From positions 1 through 64,000 of IMG/VR virus record IMGVR_UViG_2795385501_000005: a stretch of DNA of 64,000 bases; one strand, written 5' to 3'. The stretch is from an uncultured virus (IMG/VR IMGVR_UViG_2795385501_000005). Its lineage: Duplodnaviria; Heunggongvirae; Uroviricota; Caudoviricetes. Each line of letters begins with the position of its first letter. The stretch's first letter is position 1. The notes beneath the pieces were generated by a model. That model made no database searches and was not told where the DNA came from. It saw only the letters and a program-made list of their open reading frames with translations. Positions 20,288 to 29,581 of the stretch are shown piece by piece. The position numbers and the translations under genes are program-made.

Positions 20288-21708
20288 ACTAAATTCCAAT
20301 CAACTTGAGGGTTATTTGGGTCTTCCCCCTCTTTAATCGGTGGATTATCCTTCAGGCTGTCAAAATCAAGGTCAAGTCGGTTAGGGAAGAGGCGTTCATT
20401 TGCGTTAGCGTTTGATTGCATCCACTCAATAAATGTTGCTCTGTTTTCATTGTCTTTATTTAGTTGAGGAAGCAGCAATTCCCCCATACTAATAATTGCT
20501 TTAAACCTGATTTCATCAACTTTAACTTTCTCGCTTTCTGGCTCCTTCAGCGATGAGGGCCATGTGTACTCAAAGTTATTAATCCACTTGGTGAAATACA
20601 GACTGTAGGTGTTCTTTATTTCTGGCATGTCTGCACGCAGGGATTGGAAGAATTCGATACTCCAAGCTCGGTACTGACAAATGCGGATGAAATAGTTGTA
20701 CAACTCATCAAGCCATTCACGCAGATCATCAATGTAAACTGCTACCGCTTTAGCGTCCTCTGTGCCCTCGCCAAATCCCTGAGTAAATGTCTCACTATTC
20801 AAGATGATCGCTGGCATGTCGGCGGCAGCGGCGATATTAGCCAGAATATGATTTCTCACTGTATCGAGTGGCTTGTCGAGGTTGTTAAGGTCAATAGATT
20901 CGATTGCATCTTCGTGACCGACCTGTAATACCTCCCCGGTCCGTCCGCGTTTCAGCATCATTCGCTTAACACCACTAAGCTTCTGCATCATGTTGTTTAC
21001 AACAGAGCTAGGCCCTTTAATCTTCGTAACAAGCAATCCGCCTTTTACTGCAACCATGTCATCGGTGCGCATGGTCTGAATAAACGACTTTAGCGGGAAC
21101 AAGGCGCGCTGATAGACGCTTCGACCTGTGAAACCGAACGCTGCTGGGTTATACGCGAGGTAAATTGGCGCTTCATTCTGGATCACCACACAACGGGACT
21201 TGTGATATGCCTTCCCCGCAACTCGAATGCCATCAACTTTTTGGAAGTCTTGAGCGTTAGGGTCTTGGTTGAGAACAATACTGCCAGCAGTGTTTAGCGG
21301 GTCAAGAATGTTAAAACTGATGTTGTGCTTGTACAGCGTGCGGAAATCAAGGGCTATTGACGGCTCTTGGTTATCTACCAACATCGCTATCGCAGATGTA
21401 CCGTAAATTCTGGCAATCCGTGCAGCATTTGAAATGTGTCGGTCAGCACCAAGTGACCGCCACTCGCGCTCGAAGGCTTCTCGTAGGCGTTGTTCAAGCG
21501 CAAATGTTTGGGAAACATGTACCGTTCTTGGTTCGTTCATCGCCATTTTAATTGGGCGATCTACCATTTTCCCACCCAGCGGATGGTAGAGGTAAATAGT
21601 CTTACAGATTTGATATCCGGCGCTCATTCCTGGCTGGATATCATCACCCTCCAGAAGTAGTGACAGTTCTGGTGAGCTGCTGCCGATTTCAATTTCGTCG
21701 TCAATCAT
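20284..21708 (-). CDS. Portal protein (DUF1073-like)
   Basis: 'ARIYG..YHKSR..AADMPAIIL' motifs; follows terL. Confidence 0.8.
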   Translation of the reverse strand: MIDDEIEIGSSSPELSLLLEGDDIQPGMSAGYQICKTIYLYHPLGGKMVDRPIKMAMNEPRTVHVSQTFALEQRLREAFEREWRSLGADRHISNAARIARIYGTSAIAMLVDNQEPSIALDFRTLYKHNISFNILDPLNTAGSIVLNQDPNAQDFQKVDGIRVAGKAYHKSRCVVIQNEAPIYLAYNPAAFGFTGRSVYQRALFPLKSFIQTMRTDDMVAVKGGLLVTKIKGPSSVVNNMMQKLSGVKRMMLKRGRTGEVLQVGHEDAIESIDLNNLDKPLDTVRNHILANIAAAADMPAIILNSETFTQGFGEGTEDAKAVAVYIDDLREWLDELYNYFIRICQYRAWSIEFFQSLRADMPEIKNTYSLYFTKWINNFEYTWPSSLKEPESEKVKVDEIRFKAIISMGELLLPQLNKDNENRATFIEWMQSNANANERLFPNRLDLDFDSLKDNPPIKEGEDPNNPQVDWNLV

Positions 21709-21720
21709 TTTGTTATCTCA

Positions 21721-23043
21721 TCAGAGTGCGTCGCCGCTACCGAATGCCAGTATCAGCCCATACATGTAGTCATCGAGCAGGTCATCAGCGCGCTTATGTG
21801 CGTTTTTATCTGCGAGATGGAATCGGGATACTTGCTTAAATAGATGGTTAGCTGTCTCGCCTTTAAAGACAGCAGTTTTCTCGAAGGCATGACGCGATAT
21901 CTTGGCTAACCCCCGGTAGTGATAACCGGATGCCATAATTGCGCGCTCATCTTTCCCTTTGCTTGTTAGTGCTGACTCTATCTTTTTGACAGGCCAACCC
22001 ATGCTGTCGCCTTTTTGCAGCAAGATACTGCCCATACTGGCGTCCTCTATGAACAACCCAAGGCTGCCGTTTACAGCGACGCACTGGCCGGTTAATTCAT
22101 TTAGTCGGTCGAATACGGAGGGGAGATAAACCTCTAATAAAGCGCCATCGATTTGCACAACATCCCAATCAAGGATTGTTAGTCGCTCCATGCCGGGGCG
22201 AGTTTCAATGGCGTAGTAAACTACTGCTGTTCCGTCATGCTCTGTGCCGCCCTTAACTGCCGTGTCCATGACAGCAAAGACCGCCTGACACATGGCTGGG
22301 TACTCAACAGGCTTCTCGTCAATGAACCACTTGCTTATGTCAAACAGGGCAGATGATGACCAGTCAACAAATTCAGCCAAGAACTCCTGACGGAATACGC
22401 GGGGATCATTATTCTCCCGTTCCTTCTCCAGTTCTTCAGGTGGAACAAATGGATTAGATGACGTTGGTGCGTGATGCTCAAAGAAGCCAAGCTTCTTATT
22501 GTTGCAAATGGCGTAGAAAAAATTATCGTCGTCAATGCCGTCAGGTGTGGAGAATACAAATGCACGGCCTTTCGTAGTAAGAAGCGTCGGCTTTATAGAC
22601 TTGGTCCATATTTCCTTCAGCATTTCCGGTGATTTGGTGAATGCAGCCTCATCGATAAGCACAATATCGTACTCACGCCCACGACCAGCCAGCTTGTTAT
22701 CGTTGGTAACCCAGAAATCAATCTTCCCAGCGTTCTTAAGTAGTAGGCGCTTTTCCTGTCGGCTAAAGCTTTTTTTCAGCGGCTGAAGAGTTTCTTCAAG
22801 CTTGTCGTAAATTTCCTGATATTGGCGATATTCGGCGGTAAATATACCTACGCGCCCACCTAACTCGACATCCATTCCAGGGCGCTTAAATGGCGCTGTA
22901 GCATACGTAACAGCAGCGCTGGCGAGCATGAAGGTTTTACCCCACCGCCGCCCGCAGCGGATAGCGTTAAGGCGGTGATCCCAAGCATCAGACCAAACCT
23001 TTAACTGCCCATCGTGTAGCGTAGGTAGATATATGTCGGCCAT
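21721..23043 (-). CDS. terL: Terminase large subunit
   Basis: Walker A 'CGRRWGKT', Walker B 'VLIDEAAF', 'FSTP', nuclease aspartates. Confidence 0.95.
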   Translation of the reverse strand: MADIYLPTLHDGQLKVWSDAWDHRLNAIRCGRRWGKTFMLASAAVTYATAPFKRPGMDVELGGRVGIFTAEYRQYQEIYDKLEETLQPLKKSFSRQEKRLLLKNAGKIDFWVTNDNKLAGRGREYDIVLIDEAAFTKSPEMLKEIWTKSIKPTLLTTKGRAFVFSTPDGIDDDNFFYAICNNKKLGFFEHHAPTSSNPFVPPEELEKERENNDPRVFRQEFLAEFVDWSSSALFDISKWFIDEKPVEYPAMCQAVFAVMDTAVKGGTEHDGTAVVYYAIETRPGMERLTILDWDVVQIDGALLEVYLPSVFDRLNELTGQCVAVNGSLGLFIEDASMGSILLQKGDSMGWPVKKIESALTSKGKDERAIMASGYHYRGLAKISRHAFEKTAVFKGETANHLFKQVSRFHLADKNAHKRADDLLDDYMYGLILAFGSGDAL

Positions 23044-23044
23044 A

Positions 23045-23775
23045 TTATCTCCCAGGGATTGGCAGCGAGTTATGAACGACAATCGCGTTATCGCTATCTC
23101 CGTCCTTCATTTTGTCTATTTCCAGTTCCACCTTTTCAGTGGCAGCTTCACGGTAAGCAGCATCGATCTGCATCTTGATGATTGTGCCTTTCGTGTACTC
23201 CAACGATTCAATGCGCGCAGTGTTGCGATGCATAGCCTTCTCGGCGGCGCTGATGTTGTCACGTAGTGCCTTCTTAGTATCATCATCAACGTCATCATCT
23301 AACTCAGTTCGCCAGCGACCAATGTTCTCAGCGGCAGTCAGACTGGCAGCACGTAGCCAAAACAATTCATCATCTAGCGTCAGGCAATTAGCATCTTCGC
23401 TGATTCGTCAGTGAGCAACATGCGACGCCCATAGCCGCCATGCTTTAGTGCATGCTGATTGCCTGGTTGGAATGGATTGGTCGGAGGGGAACATCGAGCG
23501 CCACGTATCGGTTTCGCGCCTGGAGAATTCTTGACTTTGTTTGATTCGCGGTTTCTACCAGATTCCTTTGGCTGCCTACTTTTGGTGTCTTTTCCTTTCT
23601 GCGAATTCGCACTTCTATTCGCACTTTTACTATTAGCATTCGCAATTTTGATGTAGCGCTTTGCAGTGGAGTAATTAAGCCCTTGCGCCTCGCACCAATC
23701 TTTAGGGGAGATGTTTGATTTGGCATGGTCGGCGAGGAACTGTCCTTGAATGGCTCCCCAATCCGGTCTTGCCAT
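23045..23775 (-). pseudogene. terS: Terminase small subunit, split by a 1-nt deletion near 23404
   Basis: HTH N-terminus and 'GNQHALKHGGY'; adding one base at GAC GAA TC joins the 131- and 106-aa ORFs as ..DE(I)SEDANCLTLDDELFWLR.. Confidence 0.75.
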
Positions 23776-23901
23776 ATTTGCTCCGTCTCGTTGTTCAACG
23801 ATCGTTTTAAACGATCAATAGCCGATTATTGATCTGTACAACCAATTTCCATCCCTCTGATTTGACTGTCATTCTTTTGCAAAACAAAAAGGATGATGAC
23901 T

Positions 23902-24030
23902 ATGTGGGCTAAATTTAAAAGTTGGTACATGGCTGCAACAGTGAGCTACTCCACCCTGGCATTGGGGCTAACCTTTACAGGGATGGCCTCTTTGGTCGGG
24001 ATCGCCTATCTGATATATGAGTGCTTTTAG
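23902..24030 (+). CDS. 42-aa single-TM peptide, antisense to the late operon
   Basis: MWAKFKSWYMAATVSYSTLALGLTFTGMASLVGIAYLIYECF; AAGGA RBS; terminator at ~24037-24070. Confidence 0.6.
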   Translation: MWAKFKSWYMAATVSYSTLALGLTFTGMASLVGIAYLIYECF

Positions 24031-24071
24031 TTAATGGAGAGCCGTTGTGAAAGTGGCTCTCAGTTTTTCTT

Positions 24072-24593
24072 TTAGCTGGCAATATCGAGCGTTAACTTCA
24101 GTTGCTCCTGCCAGAATTCCACGGTTGCTTCTAGGGCAGGTTTGTCCCAGCGCCAACGTGCCATTTCTCGTGCACCACCACTTGCTTTTGATTTCCGGTC
24201 ATCGCGAATTCGGCAGGCCTGGTCATAGTTTTGCTGCTCCGTTAGCTCACCACGCAACAAGCTATCTATATGCAAATCACACCAGACAGCGAACCGAGCA
24301 TCGCACCAACGCGCAAAAGCGACCGATAGCTTTGGATGAAGCCATGTACCACCTCCGCGATCCTTTCTCGCCTTACTGGTTTTTACATACCTGCATTTCG
24401 AGGGATGTAGAATTTCAGACTCCACACCAGTCATTGCCTCATCCAGCGCCCGGATGTATTCAAGCGTTTCAGCTAGCCTCATCCAGTTGTCGATGCGCTT
24501 ACCAAATTTCTCAGCAACGTCAGTGACGTTTACCCAACCTTCAGTGTTAAAGCGTACTGATTCGCCTTTATAGCTAAGAGGGATAATGTTCAT
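24072..24593 (-). CDS. KilA-N domain protein
   Basis: 'GWVNVTDVAEKFGKR..GGTWLHPKLSVAFARW'. Confidence 0.9.
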   Translation of the reverse strand: MNIIPLSYKGESVRFNTEGWVNVTDVAEKFGKRIDNWMRLAETLEYIRALDEAMTGVESEILHPSKCRYVKTSKARKDRGGGTWLHPKLSVAFARWCDARFAVWCDLHIDSLLRGELTEQQNYDQACRIRDDRKSKASGGAREMARWRWDKPALEATVEFWQEQLKLTLDIAS

Positions 24594-24783
24594 TCGGATA
24601 TACCTTTTAGTGATGAACCTTGTTCGCACAGGAATACGGCCCTCAGAAGGCTCCGACAGCCAGCCGGTTCCTCAAGGGTCATCCTGAAAGGTTCTGAGTG
24701 ATTTGCGCTGCGATGCGCTGGATTTACTGCATAAAAAAAGCCCGACCTAAGTCGAGCCTTTTGTGTTTTTTTGCCTAACAAGC

Positions 24784-24945
24784 CTACGAAACGGCCATTT
24801 CAATCAAATCTGTGAAGTCCAAGCACATGTCTAGCCTGTGTCCGTGATCATCCACGAAGTTATATTTCTTAAAGTGTTCGATCATCTCTTTGGCACTTTT
24901 GCCACTTAAAGGAGATTTATCAATTGATTCGTCAACCTGTTTCAT
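24784..24945 (-). CDS. Small hypothetical protein (MKQVDES..)
   Basis: C-terminal 53 aa of the 95-aa ORF; followed by a terminator at ~24733-24761. Confidence 0.45.
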   Translation of the reverse strand: MKQVDESIDKSPLSGKSAKEMIEHFKKYNFVDDHGHRLDMCLDFTDLIEMAVS

Positions 24946-25139
24946 CTTCAAACCTTCATTCAGTTGGTTACGATAGTGCAAGTTCCACTTTGGAAATTGC
25001 TTTTCTAGGAGGCGGTATTTATCAATATTCGAGAGTCCCGGCCTCCATTCACACGTCATTAATGAACGCACCGTCTAAGGGGCAGTATTTTGATGCGCAT
25101 ATCAAAAAAGCTGGCTACCCTTACCGCAAAGTTGGGTGA
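24924..25139 (+). CDS. KTSC domain protein
   Basis: 'PVSSSNL.SVGYD....LEI.F..GGIYQY..VP......LM.APSKGQYF...IK'; AAGGAG RBS before TTG. Confidence 0.9.
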   Translation: MIRQPVSSSNLHSVGYDSASSTLEIAFLGGGIYQYSRVPASIHTSLMNAPSKGQYFDAHIKKAGYPYRKVG

Positions 25140-25172
25140 TTAATTCAGCGGGGATGCTGTCCCCACCTTCTC

Positions 25173-25628
25173 TTACCTCGCAAGACAAACGTTATTGATA
25201 TACGCCTGCAAGCCGTTTATTTGGCTGGTTGCAATTCCGATTCGCTCGCGGAGACTGAGATAATCCCGTTCAGCGGCGTTAGTAAGTCTGGCGCTGGCAT
25301 CATCAACGCTGCTGGAGGTGGCTGTGGCTTCGGGCAATCGCTTACAGCTGGCGTTGAGCTGCAACCGCTTAGCACCAGTAGCGATATCAGCACGAAGGCG
25401 CTCGTTCTCAGATTTGGCATCTGCCAGTTCCTTGGTGTATTTGATATCGATAGCAGCAACCTGCTGGCGCTGAATTAGCATCGTGTCAATGGCTGACTGT
25501 CTGCTGTTGGCTATCTGGGTAATGTCAGAGACGTCGCGCTGTAGCCTGGTTACTTGCCCGTGGTAATACATCAGGCCGAATAGCAGAGCCACCGTTACAG
25601 CGATGAGTATTGCCGTTACGCGACTCAT
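25173..25628 (-). CDS. Rz: Rz-like i-spanin
   Basis: N-terminal TM, coiled coil, 'GLQAYINNVC'. Confidence 0.9.
   Translation of the reverse strand: MSRVTAILIAVTVALLFGLMYYHGQVTRLQRDVSDITQIANSRQSAIDTMLIQRQQVAAIDIKYTKELADAKSENERLRADIATGAKRLQLNASCKRLPEATATSSSVDDASARLTNAAERDYLSLRERIGIATSQINGLQAYINNVCLAR
25217..25420 (-). CDS. Rz1: Rz1-like o-spanin lipoprotein embedded in Rz
   Basis: Alternative frame; lipobox LSGC; Pro-rich. Confidence 0.85.
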   Translation of the reverse strand: MPNLRTSAFVLISLLVLSGCSSTPAVSDCPKPQPPPAALMMPAPDLLTPLNGIISVSASESELQPAK

Positions 25629-26074
25629 GACAGGAAAAGCTCACGCTCAGCCGCCCGGCGATTAGTCAGGCCTTTCATTTCTTTCCCACCTGCTTTATTC
25701 CATTTCAGGAATTCATCCGCAGCGCCCTTTGCATCACCCGCGTTTACCTTTTTCATCAGCGTCGATGTGCTGAGCGCTCGGGTTCCGATGTTGTAGGCCA
25801 GCGATACCAAGGCGTCGAATTGATTCTGGGTTACGCCGATTTTGAGCATCTGGTTAACGCCCTGCTCGAACTGGACAACTCCGCATTTCAGCAACCGGTC
25901 GGCGGTAGGCTGATCGATAGTCATGCCGCGAACCACGGGCTTACCATCTACTGGATGAGTCCAGCCGTAACCAATTGTCCAGGGAGCGCCGCCGGTGCCA
26001 GGGTCTGGATATGTCGTCAATTTGCAGCCTTCGAATTGTTTTATTAGATTGATTCCGGTGCTACTGATTTGCAT
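25625..26074 (-). CDS. Endolysin, GH24 lysozyme
   Basis: 'FEG......PD....WTIGYG' and 'NQFDALVS.AYNIG'. Confidence 0.95.
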   Translation of the reverse strand: MQISSTGINLIKQFEGCKLTTYPDPGTGGAPWTIGYGWTHPVDGKPVVRGMTIDQPTADRLLKCGVVQFEQGVNQMLKIGVTQNQFDALVSLAYNIGTRALSTSTLMKKVNAGDAKGAADEFLKWNKAGGKEMKGLTNRRAAERELFLS

Positions 26075-26393
26075 TGTCAGCCCCTGTCTTATTGCCAACG
26101 ATGCGCTTTAGCACCGAACCAATGTAATCCGTACCCATGTACCCAATGAACACGCTGGCAATTAATGACCAGTCAGGGTTCAGCCCGGCTATAACCAATA
26201 CATCTTTGATAAACCATGCCATCACTGAGCACATGGCCGCATCAAGCATACGTTGCGTTTTACCTCCTCCGGCATACCAGCCACGCAAGTAAGCCATCAA
26301 CGCAGCCAGTGCCGCGCTAAGTAACTCACCCCGGTGGTCTGCTATCCAGGCAATGATGAGCATCCATACATCCGGTGATTTCAACATTTTCAT
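26061..26393 (-). CDS. Lambda-family class I holin with Met-Lys-Met dual start
   Basis: Three hydrophobic segments; 'FIGYMGTD'; MKM N-terminus. Confidence 0.9.
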   Translation of the reverse strand: MKMLKSPDVWMLIIAWIADHRGELLSAALAALMAYLRGWYAGGGKTQRMLDAAMCSVMAWFIKDVLVIAGLNPDWSLIASVFIGYMGTDYIGSVLKRIVGNKTGADNANQ

Positions 26394-26560
26394 GACCCAC
26401 CCCCCGTTTGGGGAAAATCTTCCCCGGCATTTGGTCGGGTGCTGTTGTGTAGGGAATAGCTCGCCGCCGTGGCCCATTCAGGCACGTTGTGTTTTTGAGG
26501 GTGATTGGCACTGGCGGCGAGCTAAATAAAAAAGGCCACGCAATAGCGCAGCCTGAAATG

Positions 26561-26634
26561 TGGAGCGTCTAGCCAGAATCGAACTGGCGCTTACTGGGTG
26601 GAAGCCAGTAGTTATGCCACTTAACCATAGACGC
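26561..26634 (-). tRNA. tRNA-Gly(TCC)
   Basis: GCGTCTA acceptor stem, anticodon loop CTTCCAC, GTTCGATTC T-arm, encoded CCA; 74 nt. Confidence 0.95.
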
Positions 26635-26720
26635 AAATGCAAGAAGCCCCGACCGGTTAGAGTCAGGGCTTTAAATTGGGTAGGCGTTCGTTTAAGACAG
26701 ATACGGCACCTTACCTACTT

Positions 26721-26749
26721 ATCATTGCTCATTTGCTCAAATGTGTCAA
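26721..26749 (-). promoter_or_regulatory. Late promoter pR'
   Basis: TTGACA, 17 nt, AATGAT just after Q; tandem TGAGCAA in the spacer; terminator-like hairpin at ~26645-26670. Confidence 0.65.
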
Positions 26750-26755
26750 CACGTT

Positions 26756-27244
26756 TTATGCAACCTTCCTAATTTTCCCTACACGTTTGCGGCTGTTCAT
26801 GGCAGATAGCNGCGGTTGGTAAATCATAAAGACGCTAGCATCCAGAATTTCCTTCACCTCTCGGCGACAGGTTGATAGCGATGGGCGTTTTAATCTATTC
26901 CCGCCGCGAGTTACTATTTTGCGAGGAATTGCACTCTTGTGGCTATAAACTGCAATTGCGTATTCAGTGGAATTGTTCGCGTAATAGCTTAGTAATATCC
27001 CAAAGGCCTTTGTATCAATGTTCATGACAGAATCTACGACCTGAGAAATCAACATTCCGTCATCGTCATTACACATCGGTCTATCTGGATATTTCTGCGG
27101 CTCTATTGTAGCCATGTACTGCGCTATAACGCTGCTCATGCGCTTCTCTAATCTCCCCGAGTAAACCCATGAACCCCACAGTTCAAGCCAGCCATTAATC
27201 CAATCATGCTGTTCTTTGGTGAGCTTTAATTGAGTTACGTTCAT
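26756..27244 (-). CDS. Q: Late antiterminator Q
   Basis: '[24 protein letters not shown]' and position. Confidence 0.9.
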   Translation of the reverse strand: MNVTQLKLTKEQHDWINGWLELWGSWVYSGRLEKRMSSVIAQYMATIEPQKYPDRPMCNDDDGMLISQVVDSVMNIDTKAFGILLSYYANNSTEYAIAVYSHKSAIPRKIVTRGGNRLKRPSLSTCRREVKEILDASVFMIYQPXLSAMNSRKRVGKIRKVA

Positions 27245-27849
27245 GCTGCCTCCTGGAGAAGTTTTAGCTTTTTCAGTTCCAGCCGGTAGTAATCTCGAAT
27301 GCTTTTCAGCTCTTCAATGCTGTAACTGCTGCGTTCGTGGTTGTTTTCGATAGCCTCCACTGTCTCAATTCCAATGCGCTTAATCAGCTCGACGCGGTAC
27401 GGAACGATATTCCCGCCCTTGTGCTGATTGCATACTGAACATTGTTTATGGATTTGCCGGGGGTCGAATCTGAATTGAGGTGCTGCTGCGGTTGTTCTGT
27501 AGTGTCCAGCATCCCACTGTGCCGCTAAATGGGTACCACATGATACGCAGGGCAGGCTTGAATCACGTGCTCTTACAANGGCGTTGACGGCTTGCTGTGC
27601 CTGCTTAATCCAATACGTTTTGGGCTGGGCATTAATTCTTCTGACTTTTAGCTGCTTCCGATCCTCCTTTTTCCGCTCCTGCCTTTGCTTAATCTCGTTA
27701 TCGTAGTTCTGCTTTCGCCTCTCTTTCATAACCAGAACCGCGTATTCTATTTTGTGCTCTTCGCAGCACCACCACTCGTATATCGCGACTGGTTTAAATC
27801 TCGTTTTACACACTTTACAATTTCGATGCTTCGGGAGCTTGGCTATCAT
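27241..27849 (-). CDS. ninG: NinG/Rap endonuclease
   Basis: 'RD...PCVSCG....WDAGHYRT...IHKQCSVCN'. Confidence 0.9.
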   Translation of the reverse strand: MIAKLPKHRNCKVCKTRFKPVAIYEWWCCEEHKIEYAVLVMKERRKQNYDNEIKQRQERKKEDRKQLKVRRINAQPKTYWIKQAQQAVNAXVRARDSSLPCVSCGTHLAAQWDAGHYRTTAAAPQFRFDPRQIHKQCSVCNQHKGGNIVPYRVELIKRIGIETVEAIENNHERSSYSIEELKSIRDYYRLELKKLKLLQEAA

Positions 27850-28042
27850 TCCCGGCCTCCTTCGCTGCCTTATCAACGCATTTCTGATGAGCGTAGGTTT
27901 CACCCTTGTTAAGCATCAAATCAATACACGCATACGGATTGCGGTAACTGAGTCATCGCGTTCTCCTTACTCGGTCAAATTTGGCGCGCAGCAAAACGCA
28001 TATGTGGTCATATGTGGGTATTTCGCTGGCGGGGATTGGGGG

Positions 28043-28384
28043 TTAAATCAGGTTAGATAACTTTTCACTTCTGGTGCGGTGCGTTTTCGCTTCATTCCTC
28101 AGCAAGAAATATATAAGCGTACCCCATGCCCAAAATGTGAATGGGTATGTTGATGCCACGATCAGTTTTAAGCACAAATACATGAACCACTCGCCAATCT
28201 CTCTGATTGTCATGTCAAAAAAATCGGTAATATCAAGTGCGTGTGAAAATAGTCCTTTGAATACTACGAATATGACACTGGCAGATATAGCCCAACAATC
28301 GAGAACCGACGGTTTGTAGCCTTGCCTGACTGCGGAGTATGGCTTATCTATGAAAGCCCTGATTCCAATGTCCCAGTTATTCAT
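28043..28384 (-). CDS. Hypothetical membrane protein in the nin region
   Basis: Hydrophobic segments; coupled to ninB. Confidence 0.55.
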   Translation of the reverse strand: MNNWDIGIRAFIDKPYSAVRQGYKPSVLDCWAISASVIFVVFKGLFSHALDITDFFDMTIREIGEWFMYLCLKLIVASTYPFTFWAWGTLIYFLLRNEAKTHRTRSEKLSNLI

Positions 28385-28827
28385 GCTGCCACCTTTCCCT
28401 TATCGCCGAACCTGTTAGCCCACTCGATAGCAAGCCGTGATTCATCGCTGAACTTAACGCCATGCGTAGCCCCGAAAGCGTTAATTAGCTCTATCAGGTC
28501 GCGCAACTCTCCAACGGTCATGCGGCTGGTTGACTGGCCCAGAATTACAAAGCCACCTTCGAGCCCCGGTGCTGACCTCTGCCCTTTCAGTGATGCGGTG
28601 AATATGTGCTTCCAGTCCTCACTGCTAAGCTTCTGACCGTGCCATACAACCTGTGTAGCGATATCGCCTAAAGTAGCCCAGAGCTTGGCATTCTGGTCTA
28701 ATGTGCGGGTTCGCTCTTGGATTGTGATCAGGAGTGGTTTATCAGGATTAACAGGGAGTTGATTTATAAACTGGATGGCATTTCGCTTGTATTGATCACC
28801 GCATAAAACAAAAACTTTTTTATCCAT
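28381..28827 (-). CDS. ninB: NinB/Orf recombination protein
   Basis: 'RTLDQNAKLWA.L.DIA.QV.WHG..L..EDWK'. Confidence 0.9.
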   Translation of the reverse strand: MDKKVFVLCGDQYKRNAIQFINQLPVNPDKPLLITIQERTRTLDQNAKLWATLGDIATQVVWHGQKLSSEDWKHIFTASLKGQRSAPGLEGGFVILGQSTSRMTVGELRDLIELINAFGATHGVKFSDESRLAIEWANRFGDKGKVAA

Positions 28828-28905
28828 AGTCACTCCCATAAGCAAGCAAACAGCACCACAACAATGACTAATGCTATTATCGTTAGCGGTATATTCCCCA
28901 TATTG

Positions 28906-29112
28906 TCAGCCATGAATTCCATCAACGACTCCTTTCAGTTGCTGCTGAACAATCTGCAATGCCGTTTGTAGTGCATACAAGGCATCTGGTGACCTGTCAT
29001 CTTGAAGGGGTGTAATCATCAGAAGCTGAGGCATCATGTTTACTGTGTTGATGTAAGCATCGCAGAGTTGGCGGTATTGCTTCTTGGATAGGGTTATTTC
29101 AGATTTAGCCAT
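28906..29112 (-). CDS. Hypothetical protein
   Basis: Coupled ORF in the PR operon. Confidence 0.55.
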   Translation of the reverse strand: MAKSEITLSKKQYRQLCDAYINTVNMMPQLLMITPLQDDRSPDALYALQTALQIVQQQLKGVVDGIHG

Positions 29113-29581
29113 TACTCTCTCCCTCTAGAAGTGAGGTGGGTGCGGCGGGGAGTGGCATCCAGTGGGTAATTTCGTTAGGGCAGACTCCGCCTGTGTCTGG
29201 ACCAAAGTCATCATCCTCAAAAATCATTGTCCAAATCACACCTTGGTCGTCAATTGCCAAGCACAAATCATCTTCTAATGGAAGATTATCATTGCAGTTA
29301 ATCCAACCATCAGGAATTTCCAGAGGGCCTGATGGTGGAGTGGTATAAATTAAACGACGCTCACTTTTTGGCAGGTACCCATACGTTGAATTGTTAATGT
29401 CAGCCCAATATTCAATCTGTTTCTTGCCGGAAAATTGATACCTACGCTCCTGATAAACCGGCTCGGCCTGCTTTGCTGATAGCGCGATTCTTGCCAGTGC
29501 TGCCACATCGCCACATTGAGCATGGTCTGATTCAATGAAATTGCTTAGCTGCTCTACTGTAAATTGGTCTAGTTCTTTCAT
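29105..29581 (-). CDS. DUF551/Eaa-like protein
   Basis: 'AALARIAL' and C-terminal 'ITHWMPLPAAP'. Confidence 0.75.
   Translation of the reverse strand: MKELDQFTVEQLSNFIESDHAQCGDVAALARIALSAKQAEPVYQERRYQFSGKKQIEYWADINNSTYGYLPKSERRLIYTTPPSGPLEIPDGWINCNDNLPLEDDLCLAIDDQGVIWTMIFEDDDFGPDTGGVCPNEITHWMPLPAAPTSLLEGESNG

Larger units (their letters stand above)
23783..26466. repeat. 2.7-kb lysis-region block, copy 1 (copy 2 at 44812-47496)
   Basis: Near-identical by eye apart from the KilA indel and one endolysin codon. Confidence 0.95.

Noticed and set aside
20284..21708. Anti-CBASS Acb1 activity from DUF1073 naming (also 41320-42741)
   Set aside because: Both ORFs are portal-sized, with no appended 2H phosphoesterase (HxT/S) domain visible
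24615..24694. Hammerhead ribozyme in the KilA leader
   Set aside because: Three-way-junction-like, but lacks the CUGANGA/GAAA core
26561..26634. tRNA as prophage attachment site
   Set aside because: It lies inside the late operon; no duplicated 3' end and no integrase in the window
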